Origin: an uncultured Thermoplasmata archaeon
GTDB taxonomy: Archaea > Thermoplasmatota > Thermoplasmata > RBG-16-68-12
Assembly (NCBI GenBank): GCA_963768855.1
Contig: CAVYJM010000006.1
Span: forward strand, 1,024,001 to 1,088,000
Reading direction: 5' to 3'
DNA: 64,000 nt
How positions within the stretch are numbered: position 1 is the stretch's first letter; each line of letters starts with the position of its first letter. The translations under genes and the position numbers were made by a program. Shown here in pieces: positions 10,300-20,426 of this stretch. The notes under the pieces were generated by a model that was not told the DNA's origin, did no database searches, and was given only the letters and a program-made list of their open reading frames with translations.

Positions 10300-11245
10300 T
10301 CTCGGCCGGTGCGCGGCCTTCCGGGAGAAGCGGGCTCGGCTTGCGCTTTCGGCGACGGACCAGGAGGACGGCGACCGCCGTCGCGGCAACGAGGAGCGAG
10401 GCGAGGACGATCCACTGGACCCCGGTCAGTCCGAGGAAGGTGGGCGTCTCGAGGGCTTGGTAGCGGTAGGAGACGAGTGTCGTGACTGCGGTCAGATTGC
10501 CCCCGCTGTCATAGGTCTCTGTGCGGACCTCATTCCCGACCATGGGGGACAGGAAGAGGCGTTCCCACGTGCCGTCCGGGGAGTCCACGCGGAGGGGATA
10601 CGACTCGAACGTGCCGGCCGGGGTGTCCACGGGGACCGCCTCAGAGAGGGAGAACCCGACCACCTCCTGCGTCGTGCCGTTCTGGCGGTAGTGCCCGGCC
10701 ATGGGGCTGTAGAAATCCTGCGTGAAGTTCGCTTCCTCCGTGACGTTCCCCGACATTCCGACGAACATGGGGTAGCCCCATTCGTCGGAGAGGATGTGGA
10801 AGAGGGTCGTGTTTTGGATGCGCAAGGTGAAGGGGAGCGGGATCCCGTAGGTGTACGTGCCGTTCACGAAGAGGTCGAGCAGGTTGTAGACCGGGTGGAG
10901 GTTCGTGGGCTCGAACCGCTCCTCTCCCGTGGCCGTCCACCGCCCCGAGATCGTGACGGTCCCGGTCGAGTTCGTGATTGCTCCGGATGCGATCCCGGCC
11001 CCGCTCAACACGACGCGGTACGCGTCGACCGTCCCGCCGCCCGCGGCGGTGGGCTCCGTGCCGGTCAGGGTCGAAGTGGCGGTCCCCGTCAGCCAGAGGC
11101 CGGGGAGGATCGTGCTGTTCGTGCGGTAGCTCCAGGAGTCGCCCGGCGTCCAGGAAGGCCGGTCCAGCGACCCGCCCGCTGCGGTCGCCATGGGCCCCAC
11201 GAGCGCGAGGGCCACGAGGACCGAGAGCCAGCGGATTCCGGGCAT
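10274..11245 (-). CDS. secreted, C-terminally membrane-anchored protein
   Basis: Signal-like N-terminus MPGIRWLSVLVALALV, Thr/Gly-rich body, C-terminal TM followed by RRRKRK. Confidence 0.75.
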   Translation of the reverse strand: MPGIRWLSVLVALALVGPMATAAGGSLDRPSWTPGDSWSYRTNSTILPGLWLTGTATSTLTGTEPTAAGGGTVDAYRVVLSGAGIASGAITNSTGTVTISGRWTATGEERFEPTNLHPVYNLLDLFVNGTYTYGIPLPFTLRIQNTTLFHILSDEWGYPMFVGMSGNVTEEANFTQDFYSPMAGHYRQNGTTQEVVGFSLSEAVPVDTPAGTFESYPLRVDSPDGTWERLFLSPMVGNEVRTETYDSGGNLTAVTTLVSYRYQALETPTFLGLTGVQWIVLASLLVAATAVAVLLVRRRKRKPSPLLPEGRAPAETTSGPRGP

Positions 11246-11286
11246 GCCGATGGGATGCGAGGCGGGCCGAGATAAAGCTTCGCCGC

Positions 11287-11796
11287 TCAGGGCGACTCGT
11301 CGACCACGTCCTTCCCTCGCGCGCTCGGTCGGATGCGGAGGCGGCCCCGGAACTCCCGACGCAGGCCCCCGCCTTCCAAGAGGCGGTCCAGGAACACAGC
11401 CAGTGCCGCGACCTCCGAATGGGGCTGGTTGCCGATGGAGACGTTGACGTCCGCGAGCCGGAATACGTCGGCGGGCACCTTTTCCGCGCCGACCACGACG
11501 AGCAGATCGTCCCGCGGCAGGGTCGGGAGCACCTCGTCGAGCCGGAGGCCGTACATCGTGAGGTGGACTTTCGTCCCCGGGAACTCCCGCATCGCGCGGC
11601 GCCACGGGACGCCGGTCTCGAGCTCGAACGGCCCCCCGAATCGGCGCACGAGCTCCCGGACCGTCTTCTCGAGTGCAGCGTCCTTCGTGTCCACGAGGAC
11701 CCGCTCGGCGCCGAACGCGCGCGCGGTCAGGGCGACGTGCGTCGTGACGCGCTTGTCGCGGGCCGGCCGGTGGCCGATCCGCAGGACCGTGATCAC
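11287..11796 (-). CDS. aTrm56: tRNA (cytidine(56)-2'-O)-methyltransferase (SPOUT)
   Basis: VLRIGHRPARDKRVTTHVALTARAFGA, VHLTMYG, VGAEKVP, NQPHSEVAAL. Confidence 0.95.
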   Translation of the reverse strand: MITVLRIGHRPARDKRVTTHVALTARAFGAERVLVDTKDAALEKTVRELVRRFGGPFELETGVPWRRAMREFPGTKVHLTMYGLRLDEVLPTLPRDDLLVVVGAEKVPADVFRLADVNVSIGNQPHSEVAALAVFLDRLLEGGGLRREFRGRLRIRPSARGKDVVDESP

Positions 11797-11800
11797 CGCG

Positions 11801-12298
11801 TCAGTCCTCGAAGCGGATGATCCGGTGGCCGCGGAAGTCGAGCCGCGGGGAGCGTTTGACGAGGGCCTTGAGCATCGTCTGGGTGACCTTCAGTGCGTCC
11901 GCGACGTCGCCCGAGAACTTGCCTTCAGGACCCACCATCTCGAAGATGTTCTTTTCGATCTTCTCGTAGTCCGCCTCGGGCATCATCGCGGCATGCAGGA
12001 CGTCCGAGATCTCCTGGACGGGGGCCGTCGCATTGATGTGGAAGGACGAGTAGAAGGCGTGGTAGGCCTTCTCTGGCGAGGATCCCGCCCCCGTCTGCCA
12101 CTTCGTCTCGACGAGCTTCATCTTCTCGAAGAACCGCAATGCGTCGAGGCCCTGCGCGCCGAACTTGTCCTCGATCTGCTTCGCGGTCTGCCAGTTCGCG
12201 GTCACTTCCTTGAAGACGTTGCTCTTGATCTCCGAATCGACCGCCCGGAGGATGGGGACCAGCTCTGCAACTTCACTGACAACCTTGATGCGATTCAA
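11801..12298 (-). CDS. conserved archaeal winged-helix/ArsR-like protein
   Basis: ELVPILRA.., LVETKWQ..PEKAYHAFYSSFHIN resembles a conserved euryarchaeal family (recall); co-oriented with aTrm56. Confidence 0.65.
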   Translation of the reverse strand: MNRIKVVSEVAELVPILRAVDSEIKSNVFKEVTANWQTAKQIEDKFGAQGLDALRFFEKMKLVETKWQTGAGSSPEKAYHAFYSSFHINATAPVQEISDVLHAAMMPEADYEKIEKNIFEMVGPEGKFSGDVADALKVTQTMLKALVKRSPRLDFRGHRIIRFED

Positions 12299-12507
12299 AT
12301 CAATCGACTTCCCCTTTATCGGCCTGTGGCGTTATAAGTTTAATTCGAACGCTGAAAAGAATTTCGTCGTGCTACTGCGAGACAAGGGAAGGACCGCCCT
12401 TTCCGTTCGACGGTTTTCGCCCATCCGGGAGACCACCGACCCCGGGTCACGGGGGACGCTGAGGCGAAAGTCCTTATGCCCGGGGCCGGCATGGCATCTG
12501 CGATCCG

Positions 12508-12801
12508 ATGAAGGTACAGGACCTCCGAGCCGAAGCGAAAGTCGACGTGCTCGAGCTCATCGTCAAGGAAAAGGGCTCGCCGCGCGACTTCACGAGCCGA
12601 TCCGGCTCGTCCGGGAAGGTGTGCGACGCGAAGGCCGTCGATGATGCGGGCCAGGAGGTTTCTGTGAGCCTCTGGAACGACGAGATCGAGCGCGTGTCCG
12701 CGAACGATCGCATCCGCATCACGAACGGGTGGGCGCGGGAATGGCGGGGGAACCTGCAGGTCACTGCGGGCCGCTTCGGAAAACTCGAAGTCCTAAAGTG
12801 A
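12508..12801 (+). CDS. single-OB-fold ssDNA-binding protein (SSB)
   Basis: 97 aa; GKVCDA.AVDDAGQ.V.VSLWNDE, RITNGWAREWRG.LQVTAGRFG. Confidence 0.85.
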   Translation: MKVQDLRAEAKVDVLELIVKEKGSPRDFTSRSGSSGKVCDAKAVDDAGQEVSVSLWNDEIERVSANDRIRITNGWAREWRGNLQVTAGRFGKLEVLK

Positions 12802-13398
12802 CACCCAGGCTGGCAGCAAGAACGCGGCGGCGGCGAGGAGCGCGTACGGGACGAGCTGCATGAGCAGGTCGTCATCCACCTGGGGGACGAACGGTCCCTC
12901 GACCGCGATCGCGGCCAATGTCGCCAAGGCAGCGAACACGAGCGGGCCGGGTCCCTGGACGAAGCCCAAGACGTACTCGGTCCCGAGGAATAGCACAAAG
13001 TACGCGACCGCGGGAATCGCGAGCGACCATTCCCGCCTTCGGGTGTAGGCCGCGAACGGGTCGATCCACGCCATCCCGAGGAAGACGGGCACGACGATCC
13101 GGGGATCCTGGACCAGGAAAATGCCGATCGTCAGGCCGAGCAGTCCCTGGGCGTAGGCCGAGACGCGCTGCCCCTCGTAGGGCCGCATCCCGAAGAGGCG
13201 GACCCCGAGGGCGATCCGCGCGATTTCGATGCATCCCGCGGTCCCGATGAAGAGGATGGCCAGGCTCAGGCGCGTGATGTTGGGCGTGATGGACTCGGGC
13301 AGGAGATAGTACGCCAGGAACGCCGGTGAGGCGATGTGGAACGCCCGCCGGAACGCCGCCCCACGGTCCATGTCGCTCCACTCAGCGCGCTCACTCAC
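12793..13398 (-). CDS. membrane protein, dolichol kinase/cytidylyltransferase-like
   Basis: RRAFH, WIDPFAA, VEG..P.VDDDL pattern; multiple TM helices. Confidence 0.6.
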   Translation of the reverse strand: MSERAEWSDMDRGAAFRRAFHIASPAFLAYYLLPESITPNITRLSLAILFIGTAGCIEIARIALGVRLFGMRPYEGQRVSAYAQGLLGLTIGIFLVQDPRIVVPVFLGMAWIDPFAAYTRRREWSLAIPAVAYFVLFLGTEYVLGFVQGPGPLVFAALATLAAIAVEGPFVPQVDDDLLMQLVPYALLAAAAFLLPAWVSL

Positions 13399-14854
13399 CG
13401 AACTCGTGCCCGCGCCACTTCGCCTCGATGCCCTGAAGCAAGAAATACGTTGCTCCTCCGAGCACGAGCAGGACGAGGCCGATGCCCGCCACCGCGAACC
13501 CGAGGTCCCGGTCGATCGTGAACGAGAGGATCGTCAGGCCGAGGTCCGGGAGCATGGAGAGGATCGTGAACCGCGCGAGGACGCCCGGATCGAACAGGAA
13601 GGAGTTCGTGCGGAGTCCCGTGAGGTACGCCGTCATCGTGACCATGTAGACGGAGGTCACGAGCGCCACGGGGATCGCGAGCCACAGGAGCCGCGTGTCG
13701 CCGTTGAGCCAGCCGATCCCGATCACGAAACCGACCGTGATCCAGGTGGTCATGAGGAGGAACGCCAGGAGCTTCGACCGGATGACCTGAGGAACGGAGA
13801 CGGGGAGCGTTGCCAGGTAGTCCATCGCGTCCACGTTGTTGAGCCAGTTGTAGAGCATCACGCCGAAGAACCCGACCATCCCGGCGTAGAAGACCGTGTT
13901 GAATCCCACGGGGACCTGGAGGCCATAGCGGACGAACCAGGCGGTGAACGAGAGGAACAGGAGCGGAGTCACGAACGAGAAGAACATCTTCGCGAAGGTC
14001 CCGCTCCGCTTCAGGTCGACGAGCTCCTTCGCGAGGAGCGCGCCGTATCGCGGGAAGCGCGCGAAGCGAGCGGCGTACCGGGAAAGCTCCTCCCGGGCCA
14101 CGACCGCCTTGGGCTCGTAGCGTTCTGGCACCAGGGCCACGGCGGCCGCGGCCAGGAGGGCGACCACCCCGAGACCCAGGGCGGCGTATCCGGCCGCGGT
14201 CCCCAGGTCGCCGGAGAACGGCGGGAGCTGCTCGTGGGCCGCGAGGCCCGGCAGGATCCAGGAGACCGGGATCCACCGGAAGGCGCCCGCCGCGGCGAAC
14301 AAGGCCGAGACGCCTGCGACGGAGACGCCGAAGCCGACGCGGGAGCGCATGTACAGGGTGGAGACGAAGAAGCTCAGGGACATCCCGACCAGGAAGTCCA
14401 GGAGCGTGGCCCCGAAAAGGATGCCGATGCTCGTGAGCCGGTAGTGGGTCACGGGGACGGACAGCGCGAGGCCGATCGTCGCGGGTGCGAGGAGCAGGGC
14501 CACGTAGAACAGGGCGTCGCGGACGTACATCCCGAAGAACGTCCTGCGCAGACGCATGGGCAGGATCCCCGGCATGGTCACGATGTAGTTCCGGGTGCCG
14601 TTTGTCCTCTCGAGGTATTGGCGGCCAAGGAAGCCGAAGGCCCCGACGCTCAACCCGTACAGGAACACGCTGAGGTGGAGGAGGAGGATCGCATCCACGA
14701 GGGGGGTGAGGGAGAAGAGGCGCTGGCTCGTGACCGCGATGGCCAGCGAGAATATCGTGATGATGAACGGGAACGACAAGAACATCGTGCGGCCGGAGTA
14801 CGAGGCGTGGACGCGGAACTCTTCCTTCATCATGAGCGGCAGGAGCCAGCTCAT
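13391..14854 (-). CDS. ABC exporter permease, multi-TM
   Basis: About 12 hydrophobic segments; ATG overlaps the ATPase stop; internal repeat of KEE/KEL. Confidence 0.75.
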   Translation of the reverse strand: MSWLLPLMMKEEFRVHASYSGRTMFLSFPFIITIFSLAIAVTSQRLFSLTPLVDAILLLHLSVFLYGLSVGAFGFLGRQYLERTNGTRNYIVTMPGILPMRLRRTFFGMYVRDALFYVALLLAPATIGLALSVPVTHYRLTSIGILFGATLLDFLVGMSLSFFVSTLYMRSRVGFGVSVAGVSALFAAAGAFRWIPVSWILPGLAAHEQLPPFSGDLGTAAGYAALGLGVVALLAAAAVALVPERYEPKAVVAREELSRYAARFARFPRYGALLAKELVDLKRSGTFAKMFFSFVTPLLFLSFTAWFVRYGLQVPVGFNTVFYAGMVGFFGVMLYNWLNNVDAMDYLATLPVSVPQVIRSKLLAFLLMTTWITVGFVIGIGWLNGDTRLLWLAIPVALVTSVYMVTMTAYLTGLRTNSFLFDPGVLARFTILSMLPDLGLTILSFTIDRDLGFAVAGIGLVLLVLGGATYFLLQGIEAKWRGHEFGE

Positions 14855-15567
14855 GGTCGGACCCCGACCAGGCGGAGGAACGCGGACTCCAGATTGGCCT
14901 CGGTGCCGCGGACCTGTTCCACGCTCCCGGTCGCGATCAGGGCCCCGTCCCGGATGACCGCGACGTGGTCGCAGAGGCGCTCCGCGATGTCGAGCAGGTG
15001 GGACGCCATGAACACGGTCCCGCCCTCCGCGACGTATTCCTGGAGGAACTCCCGGAGCTTGCGCTGGAAGATCGGGTCGAGGTTGATGAAGGGCTCGTCG
15101 AGGAACACGAGCGCGGGGTCGTGGATGAAGGCGGCGGCGAGCATGAGCTTCTGACGCGTCCCCTTCGACAGGTCCTTGCAGAGGGTGTCCCGCTCGTCCT
15201 GGAGGTCGTAGAACTCGAGCCACTTGCCCACGCGCGCGTCAATCGCATCCTGCTTCCGCACGCGGACCACGAACTCGAGGTACTCGTACGAGGTCAGGTA
15301 CGAGGGCGGCGACTCGACCTCGGGGACGATCCCGACGAGCGACTTGACCCGGAGGGGTTCCCGGACTACGTCCACGCCGAGGACCCGCGCCTCGCCCGAG
15401 GTCGGGCGCAGCTGACCCGTCAGGATGCGCAGCATCGTGGTCTTGCCCGCCCCGTTCGGACCGAAAAGGCCGAAGAACTCGCCCTTCTCGATTCGCAGGT
15501 CGATCCCCCGCAGGGCCTCGACGGATCCGTAACGCTTCGCGAGATGGACCGCCTCGACGGTGGGCAC
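14851..15567 (-). CDS. ABC transporter ATP-binding protein
   Basis: GPNGAGKTT Walker A, LSKGTRQK signature, FLDEP, SH switch. Confidence 0.95.
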   Translation of the reverse strand: MPTVEAVHLAKRYGSVEALRGIDLRIEKGEFFGLFGPNGAGKTTMLRILTGQLRPTSGEARVLGVDVVREPLRVKSLVGIVPEVESPPSYLTSYEYLEFVVRVRKQDAIDARVGKWLEFYDLQDERDTLCKDLSKGTRQKLMLAAAFIHDPALVFLDEPFINLDPIFQRKLREFLQEYVAEGGTVFMASHLLDIAERLCDHVAVIRDGALIATGSVEQVRGTEANLESAFLRLVGVRP

Positions 15568-15668
15568 GATGGGTTCGACGCGTCTCCCGCTATATAGGAT
15601 TGCGGCGTGATTATCGCCGGAGGCAATGCCCCGGCAGATTCAAGTCGCGCGTGCGCCTCGGCGGGCGG

Positions 15669-16070
15669 GTGCCCACGGTCCTGTTCGTCTGCGTCGAGAA
15701 CACGTTCCGCAGCGTGCTGTCCGAGGCGATCTTCAATGCGCGCGCCCCGCCCGGGTGGCGGGCGGAGAGCGCGGGCGTCCACCCGGTCGAGCAGATCAAC
15801 CCCGTGGTCCTCGGATTGCTGCGGGAGGTCGGGATCTCGCTGGGCCCGAAGACGCCGCGACTCGTCACCCCGGCCCTCGTTGCTACGGCGGACCGCGTCG
15901 TGACATTCGGGTGCCTCGACCGATGCCCTCCGGGAGCGCGGGGGAAGGGCGAGGACTGGCCGCTCCCGGGTGCGACGGGCAAGAATCCGGACGAGCTCCG
16001 AGGCATCCGAGACGAGTTGACCCGCCGGATCGATCTCCTCATCCGCTCACTGCCGCGTGCGCACGCGTGA
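15669..16070 (+). CDS. low-molecular-weight phosphatase / thioredoxin-coupled arsenate reductase family
   Basis: LFVCVENTFRS (Cx5R), SAG, FGCLDRCP, EDW.LP. Confidence 0.85.
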   Translation: MPTVLFVCVENTFRSVLSEAIFNARAPPGWRAESAGVHPVEQINPVVLGLLREVGISLGPKTPRLVTPALVATADRVVTFGCLDRCPPGARGKGEDWPLPGATGKNPDELRGIRDELTRRIDLLIRSLPRAHA

Positions 16071-16119
16071 GACCCGTTTCGGAGGAAAGGTTCAAACGAC
16101 GACTGCGTCTGGCGGGGCC

Positions 16120-16977
16120 GTGAAACCGATTCTTCTCACGCATTGCGGCGCGGGCTCCGATCGAACCGTCCAGGATGCCGCGGAGGCCGCGGGTCGGGCC
16201 GGCCTCGCGGTCCTCCGGCGCGGCGGACGGGCCCTGGACGCCGTCGTGGATGCCGTGGTGCTCCTTGAGGACGATCCGCGGCTCAACGCTGGGACGGGTT
16301 CCCGGATGCGCACGGACGGGCGGATCCAGATGGACGCCGCGGTCATGGACTGGAACCTCGAGGCGGGCGCGGTTGCCGCGATTGAGCGGGTGCGGAATCC
16401 GGTCCGGGTCGCCAGGGATGTCCTCGCGACGCCCCACATCCTCCTCGCCGGACCCGACGCGGAAGCCTTCGCGCGCTCTCACGGCCACGCCGTCTACGAT
16501 CCTGCGACGCCGGAGTCGCGCCGCAAGCTCGAGGATTCTCTCCAGCGGATCCGGGAGGGTCGCTTGCCGCGGTACTACCGAAAGTTCAAGGACCTGGACC
16601 TTCACGGGACGGTCGGTGCGGTCGCGCGGGACCGGCGCGGCCACTGCGCCGCGGGCGTCTCGACCGGCGGGACCTCCTTCATGCTTCCGGGTCGCGTGGG
16701 CGACTCGCCGATCATCGGTTCCGGGATCTACGCCGGGCCGCACGGAGCCGTCTGCGCCACGGGCATCGGAGAGGAAATCATGAAGCGCGTCCTCTCCAAG
16801 TACGTTTACGATCAGATGGCGGCGGGGCGCTCGCCGCAGGCGGCCGCGGACCGCGGCCTCGCCTTGTTCCCTCGCGACGTCTCGGCCGGGCTCATCGTCG
16901 TGGGCAAGCGGGGCTGGGGCGAGGCATGCGCCCAGGACATGGCGTTCTACGCGAGCGCCGAAGGGCGAACTCTTTAA
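16120..16977 (+). CDS. isoaspartyl peptidase / L-asparaginase (Ntn hydrolase)
   Basis: LEDDPRLNAGTGS, MDAAVM, HGTVGAVA, STGG, GRVGDSP, ATGIGE. Confidence 0.92.
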   Translation: MKPILLTHCGAGSDRTVQDAAEAAGRAGLAVLRRGGRALDAVVDAVVLLEDDPRLNAGTGSRMRTDGRIQMDAAVMDWNLEAGAVAAIERVRNPVRVARDVLATPHILLAGPDAEAFARSHGHAVYDPATPESRRKLEDSLQRIREGRLPRYYRKFKDLDLHGTVGAVARDRRGHCAAGVSTGGTSFMLPGRVGDSPIIGSGIYAGPHGAVCATGIGEEIMKRVLSKYVYDQMAAGRSPQAAADRGLALFPRDVSAGLIVVGKRGWGEACAQDMAFYASAEGRTL

Positions 16978-17000
16978 GGTACCCCACGTTATCACGCGCC

Positions 17001-17339
17001 ATGGCACTCCGTGCAGGGGAGGGGTCGCACTTGGTTCGTAGGAGCGCACTCACGAGCAAGATCGAGGCGGAGATCAAGCTCCTCCAGAGGCACGTTGCGA
17101 TGCTCAAGGCGATCATGGAGAACCAGCCCATCGGGATCATCCGCCTTTCCGAGCTGCTGGACTTCCCGCAGCACAAGGTCCGCTACTCGCTGCGCATCTT
17201 GGAGCAGGAAGGCCTGATTAAGCCGTCCCCGGAGGGCGCGGTGACCACGGACAAGCTCGAGGAGTTCTTGGACTACCTGAAAGGCGTGCTCGACTCCATG
17301 TCCACGACCGTCGTTGACCTCCGGAAGACGCTCGAGTGA
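17001..17339 (+). CDS. winged-helix transcriptional regulator, conserved archaeal
   Basis: QPIGIIRLSELL..PQHKVRYSLRILEQEGLI; start uncertain. Confidence 0.75.
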   Translation: MALRAGEGSHLVRRSALTSKIEAEIKLLQRHVAMLKAIMENQPIGIIRLSELLDFPQHKVRYSLRILEQEGLIKPSPEGAVTTDKLEEFLDYLKGVLDSMSTTVVDLRKTLE

Positions 17340-17396
17340 GAGATCGAGCGTCCACGGAACAAACTATTTGAGGAACGCGCCGGTATCGCGGCGCGG

Positions 17397-17470
17397 GCCG
17401 TCGTAGCTCAGTCTGGTAGAGCCCCCGACTGTTAATCGGGTGGTCTGCGGTTCGAATCCGCACGACGGCG
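17397..17470 (+). tRNA. tRNA-Asn (GTT)
   Basis: Cloverleaf by hand: GCCGTCG/CGACGGC acceptor, CCCGA-CT-GTT-AA-TCGGG anticodon arm, TTCGAAT T-loop; CCA not encoded. Confidence 0.96.
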
Positions 17471-17473
17471 CTC
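17452..17473 (+). repeat. attL core, 22 bp TCGAATCCGCACGACGGCGCTC
   Basis: Exact copy at 45477..45498; covers the tRNA-Asn 3' end. Confidence 0.92.
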
Positions 17474-17476
17474 CCT

Positions 17477-17500
17477 CTAGGAGTGGGAGGATTCCAATTG
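17477..17500. repeat. left arm inverted repeat CTAGGAGTGGGAGGATTCCAATTG
   Basis: Reverse complement matches 45448..45471 at 21/24 positions. Confidence 0.8.
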
Positions 17501-17516
17501 AGGCCATCGGGCGATC

Positions 17517-18500
17517 TCAGGCTCGGCCGAGGGCTTCGCGGACCTCAGCGTGCGCCTGCTTGACCTGCTTCCTAGCGTAGTAGCGCTCGGTCGTGGCAGT
17601 CGTCCTGTGCCTCATTGAGACGCTGACAGCGTCCAGCGGGGCCTGTTGGTCGATAGCCACCTGCCCGAATGTCGCCCTGAAGGTCTTGAGGTGGAACTTG
17701 AGGCGCGCGCGCCTTTCAATCTGGGCCTTCAACTTGCGCATCATCGCCTCCGACCAATAGCCAAGGCCGCCATCGGCGTGACGGAACGGGATGAGTGCCT
17801 CGTGGTAGTCACCTTTCAGGAACCGCTCCCTCGCGTCCAGGAAGTCCCGCAGGGCCAGCATCCCGTCGTCGGAGATGGGCGCGGTCTCGGAGTGTCCTTC
17901 GTTCCACGCGCCTTCTCCCTTAGGATGGCACACGAGGACCTCCTTGTTCTCGAAGTCGACACAGGTGAGGTCCTGTAGCGTTAGTTCCTTCGGCCTCAGG
18001 CCCGTCGCGGGCGCGAAGCGGACGATGAAGCGCGCAACATCTCCCCACCAGCCCTCGTAGCCCTCCACCGCGAGGCGGAGCGCTTTGAGTTGCTCAGGTG
18101 TCAGCGCTTCTGGCGGCTTCTGTGAAGGCCTCGGGAGCCTGTATTGCGGTTTGGTCTTCAGTTGGCCCACGGCGCCGTTGCCACAGAAGGCGAGGAAGCC
18201 CTTGAGCGCACGGAACAGGTGGACTTGGCTCGTCCCGCTTAGGGTGCCGTCCTTGTTCTTGCCCCGCTTCCTTCGGGTGCGCCAGTAGCCGAGCAGGTTT
18301 CCGATGTCGTCCACGGTCATCGCCCTCGGGTTCGTCGTGGATAGCCTGCCACGCTCGCGGAGGAACTTCGCGTCCTCGTTGATGGTGTTGAGGTCCCTGC
18401 GGAGTTGCTCCAGCGTGACGGACGCTCGGTGGTCACGCAACGCGTCCAAGTAGTCGTCGCTCAGCGCAGAGAACGGGTATCGCCCGTGTGGGTTAGGCAC
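17517..18500 (-). CDS. tyrosine recombinase/integrase
   Basis: TGLRPKEL (R), HPKG (K), KTFRATFG (KxxR in place of HxxR), MRHRT (H), TERYY (Y); start uncertain (GTG 18500 chosen, ORF open to 18767). Confidence 0.92.
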   Translation of the reverse strand: MPNPHGRYPFSALSDDYLDALRDHRASVTLEQLRRDLNTINEDAKFLRERGRLSTTNPRAMTVDDIGNLLGYWRTRRKRGKNKDGTLSGTSQVHLFRALKGFLAFCGNGAVGQLKTKPQYRLPRPSQKPPEALTPEQLKALRLAVEGYEGWWGDVARFIVRFAPATGLRPKELTLQDLTCVDFENKEVLVCHPKGEGAWNEGHSETAPISDDGMLALRDFLDARERFLKGDYHEALIPFRHADGGLGYWSEAMMRKLKAQIERRARLKFHLKTFRATFGQVAIDQQAPLDAVSVSMRHRTTATTERYYARKQVKQAHAEVREALGRA

Positions 18501-19388
18501 GCGGACGAACTTCCCTCTGCCATTCCTGTGCTGTCGACAGCGTCTCCCGGTTGTCCCGTGGGTGTTTCCTTCGGCTTCCAAAGTCGAAGCACGGGTTCTT
18601 TCTCCTAGAGACAAGCGAAGTGTCCCGTCTTCGCTCGCCTTCGGAGAACCCATTGACCTGTGGGAGGTTAATGGCTTCGGCCCCGTTCGTCGAGTTGAAC
18701 GCCCCCGCGCCTTCTCGGGTTTGGGTTCGGCGTCTGGCGTCTGGTGACGGCGGGCTAGCGAGAACAAGGGCGTGGCGGTACGGCTCCCGTGGCCGCCCGC
18801 CTCGCGTCATACAGACCCCTGCCTTCGTCGCGGCCGTGGACCAGCCGTGACCCGCCGAGTACTGCCATCAATCTTACTAGGCGAAGATCCCCTATAAACA
18901 ATCGGGTCATGGCGGTCCGCAATCGGTGCGCCCTGCCTGGGCTTCCCGTCATGACCGCAGATCCTAGAGAGGCTGGGCGGGTATCCCAACCGTGGCTTGG
19001 CCGAGCATGGCAGCCCCGGGAATCTTTTTTATGCGGCTCCACGATAAATGTGCTCTCCTGAGGAAACGATTAGGACGGCTCTCCGGGCCTCTGCGCGTGA
19101 GGAATGGCTGTAATGCGTCCTAATGCGTTGCTAGGGGCCTTCGCGGGGCGCTTGCGGGAGTTCGCCCCATCTGAGGACGCTTGATCGCAAGCCCCCCCAT
19201 CTGGCGGGCCTCGGTGATGGTCTGGGCAAGGATCGGCCTTCGGTGGGTCGGGTGCTATCAGTGTCAGTGATGAAAGTGCCAGCGACGCGTTTATGCCCTC
19301 TGCAACCAATGGAATTGCAGAAGCGCTCCGGAAGCTTTCTTCGTCCTTGCGTGGCCCGGGGCGTTCCATGTTAAGGGAGGACTTGCCC

Positions 19389-19667
19389 ATGAGACGACCC
19401 ACCCCTGCCCAATGGGAACGTTGGGAGCGAATCCGGCGCGAGAACGATGAGCGTGAGCGGCGCGAAGGGACGTATTGCCGCATCACGGAAGGTCCGGCTA
19501 CGGACTATGAGGAACGCAAGGAGAGCCAGCAGGAAGCAGACCAGTTCGAGCGGGCGATCCCCATCCTGGTCGTGGACGATGAGTTCGTGCTCCTGGAGAG
19601 GCCCGACGGGGGAGTCGTCCAGGCCCGAATCCTCGGGCGGAGGCGGCGGTCCCCGCCGAAGGGGTGA
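19389..19667 (+). CDS. hypothetical protein, highly charged, mobile-element type
   Basis: AGGGAGG SD before ATG 19389; 92 aa. Confidence 0.6.
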   Translation: MRRPTPAQWERWERIRRENDERERREGTYCRITEGPATDYEERKESQQEADQFERAIPILVVDDEFVLLERPDGGVVQARILGRRRRSPPKG

Positions 19668-19674
19668 ATCGTCG

Positions 19675-19794
19675 ATGAAATGGACCGTCCCCGGTGCGAT
19701 CGTCGATGAGGCGCTTGCCCCCTGGGTCGAGTTCGCCCTGGTCGATCCCCGTACAGGCCGAGTGGTGCTCCGAGTGACCGACGCCGAGGTGTGA
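19675..19794 (+). CDS. 39-aa hypothetical protein
   Basis: GGGGTGA SD before ATG; MKWTVPGAIVDEALAPWVEFALVDPRTGRVVLRVTDAEV; directly follows the previous gene. Confidence 0.45.
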   Translation: MKWTVPGAIVDEALAPWVEFALVDPRTGRVVLRVTDAEV

Positions 19795-20079
19795 GCCTAT
19801 GCGCTGTCGAGTCGGCTGGTGATCGAGCTCTGGTCCACCTAGCACACGGCAACCCTTCCGCCCGTCCGGTGCAAGCCTATTCAGCTCCGCGTCTGGGAAG
19901 TTGCGAGCAGCCGTTCACGGAATCGTGCCGAGGGCTCCGCCCCCATTCGTTGAGCCCGCAATGGAGCCATCGCCGACAAGGGGTGTTTCCTCGGCAGTCG
20001 AAACTCGACTGACAGCATCCGTGTCGGCGCGCCAGGGAAAGGTTTATAGGAACGCGATTCTACCTTGTCTTGGAGAGAT

Positions 20080-20295
20080 ATGAGGATAGTTGCCTGCGAT
20101 GTCTGCGGCAGGACGGACGGTGTCCACGCATACCACATCACCGTCTTTAACGGAAGTGTGCGTGTGAGGGGCAAGCCTCTGGGCGACCTCTGCGACACGG
20201 ACCTGAGGCGGCGCCTGAATCTCCTCGACCTGCCTCTCCCCAAGCTCGGACGTCCCCCGAAGAACCAGACGAAGAAGACGAGCAACCCGCGGTAG
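20080..20295 (+). CDS. small Zn-finger-like protein with AT-hook-like tail
   Basis: CDVCG..H..DLCD, KLGRPPK; GGAG SD and TTTATA box at 20043. Confidence 0.65.
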   Translation: MRIVACDVCGRTDGVHAYHITVFNGSVRVRGKPLGDLCDTDLRRRLNLLDLPLPKLGRPPKNQTKKTSNPR

Positions 20296-20426
20296 AATCG
20301 ACCACGCTCTGGGATGATCGTCTCATCGCGGTTGGATTGGCCCAGCCTTTCGTCCTTGAGCGCACTCGTCTGGCTTCCTTGCGCGCTTCCGAACAGCGCG
20401 TTCCGGAGGGCGCCTCTCGATGCGGC

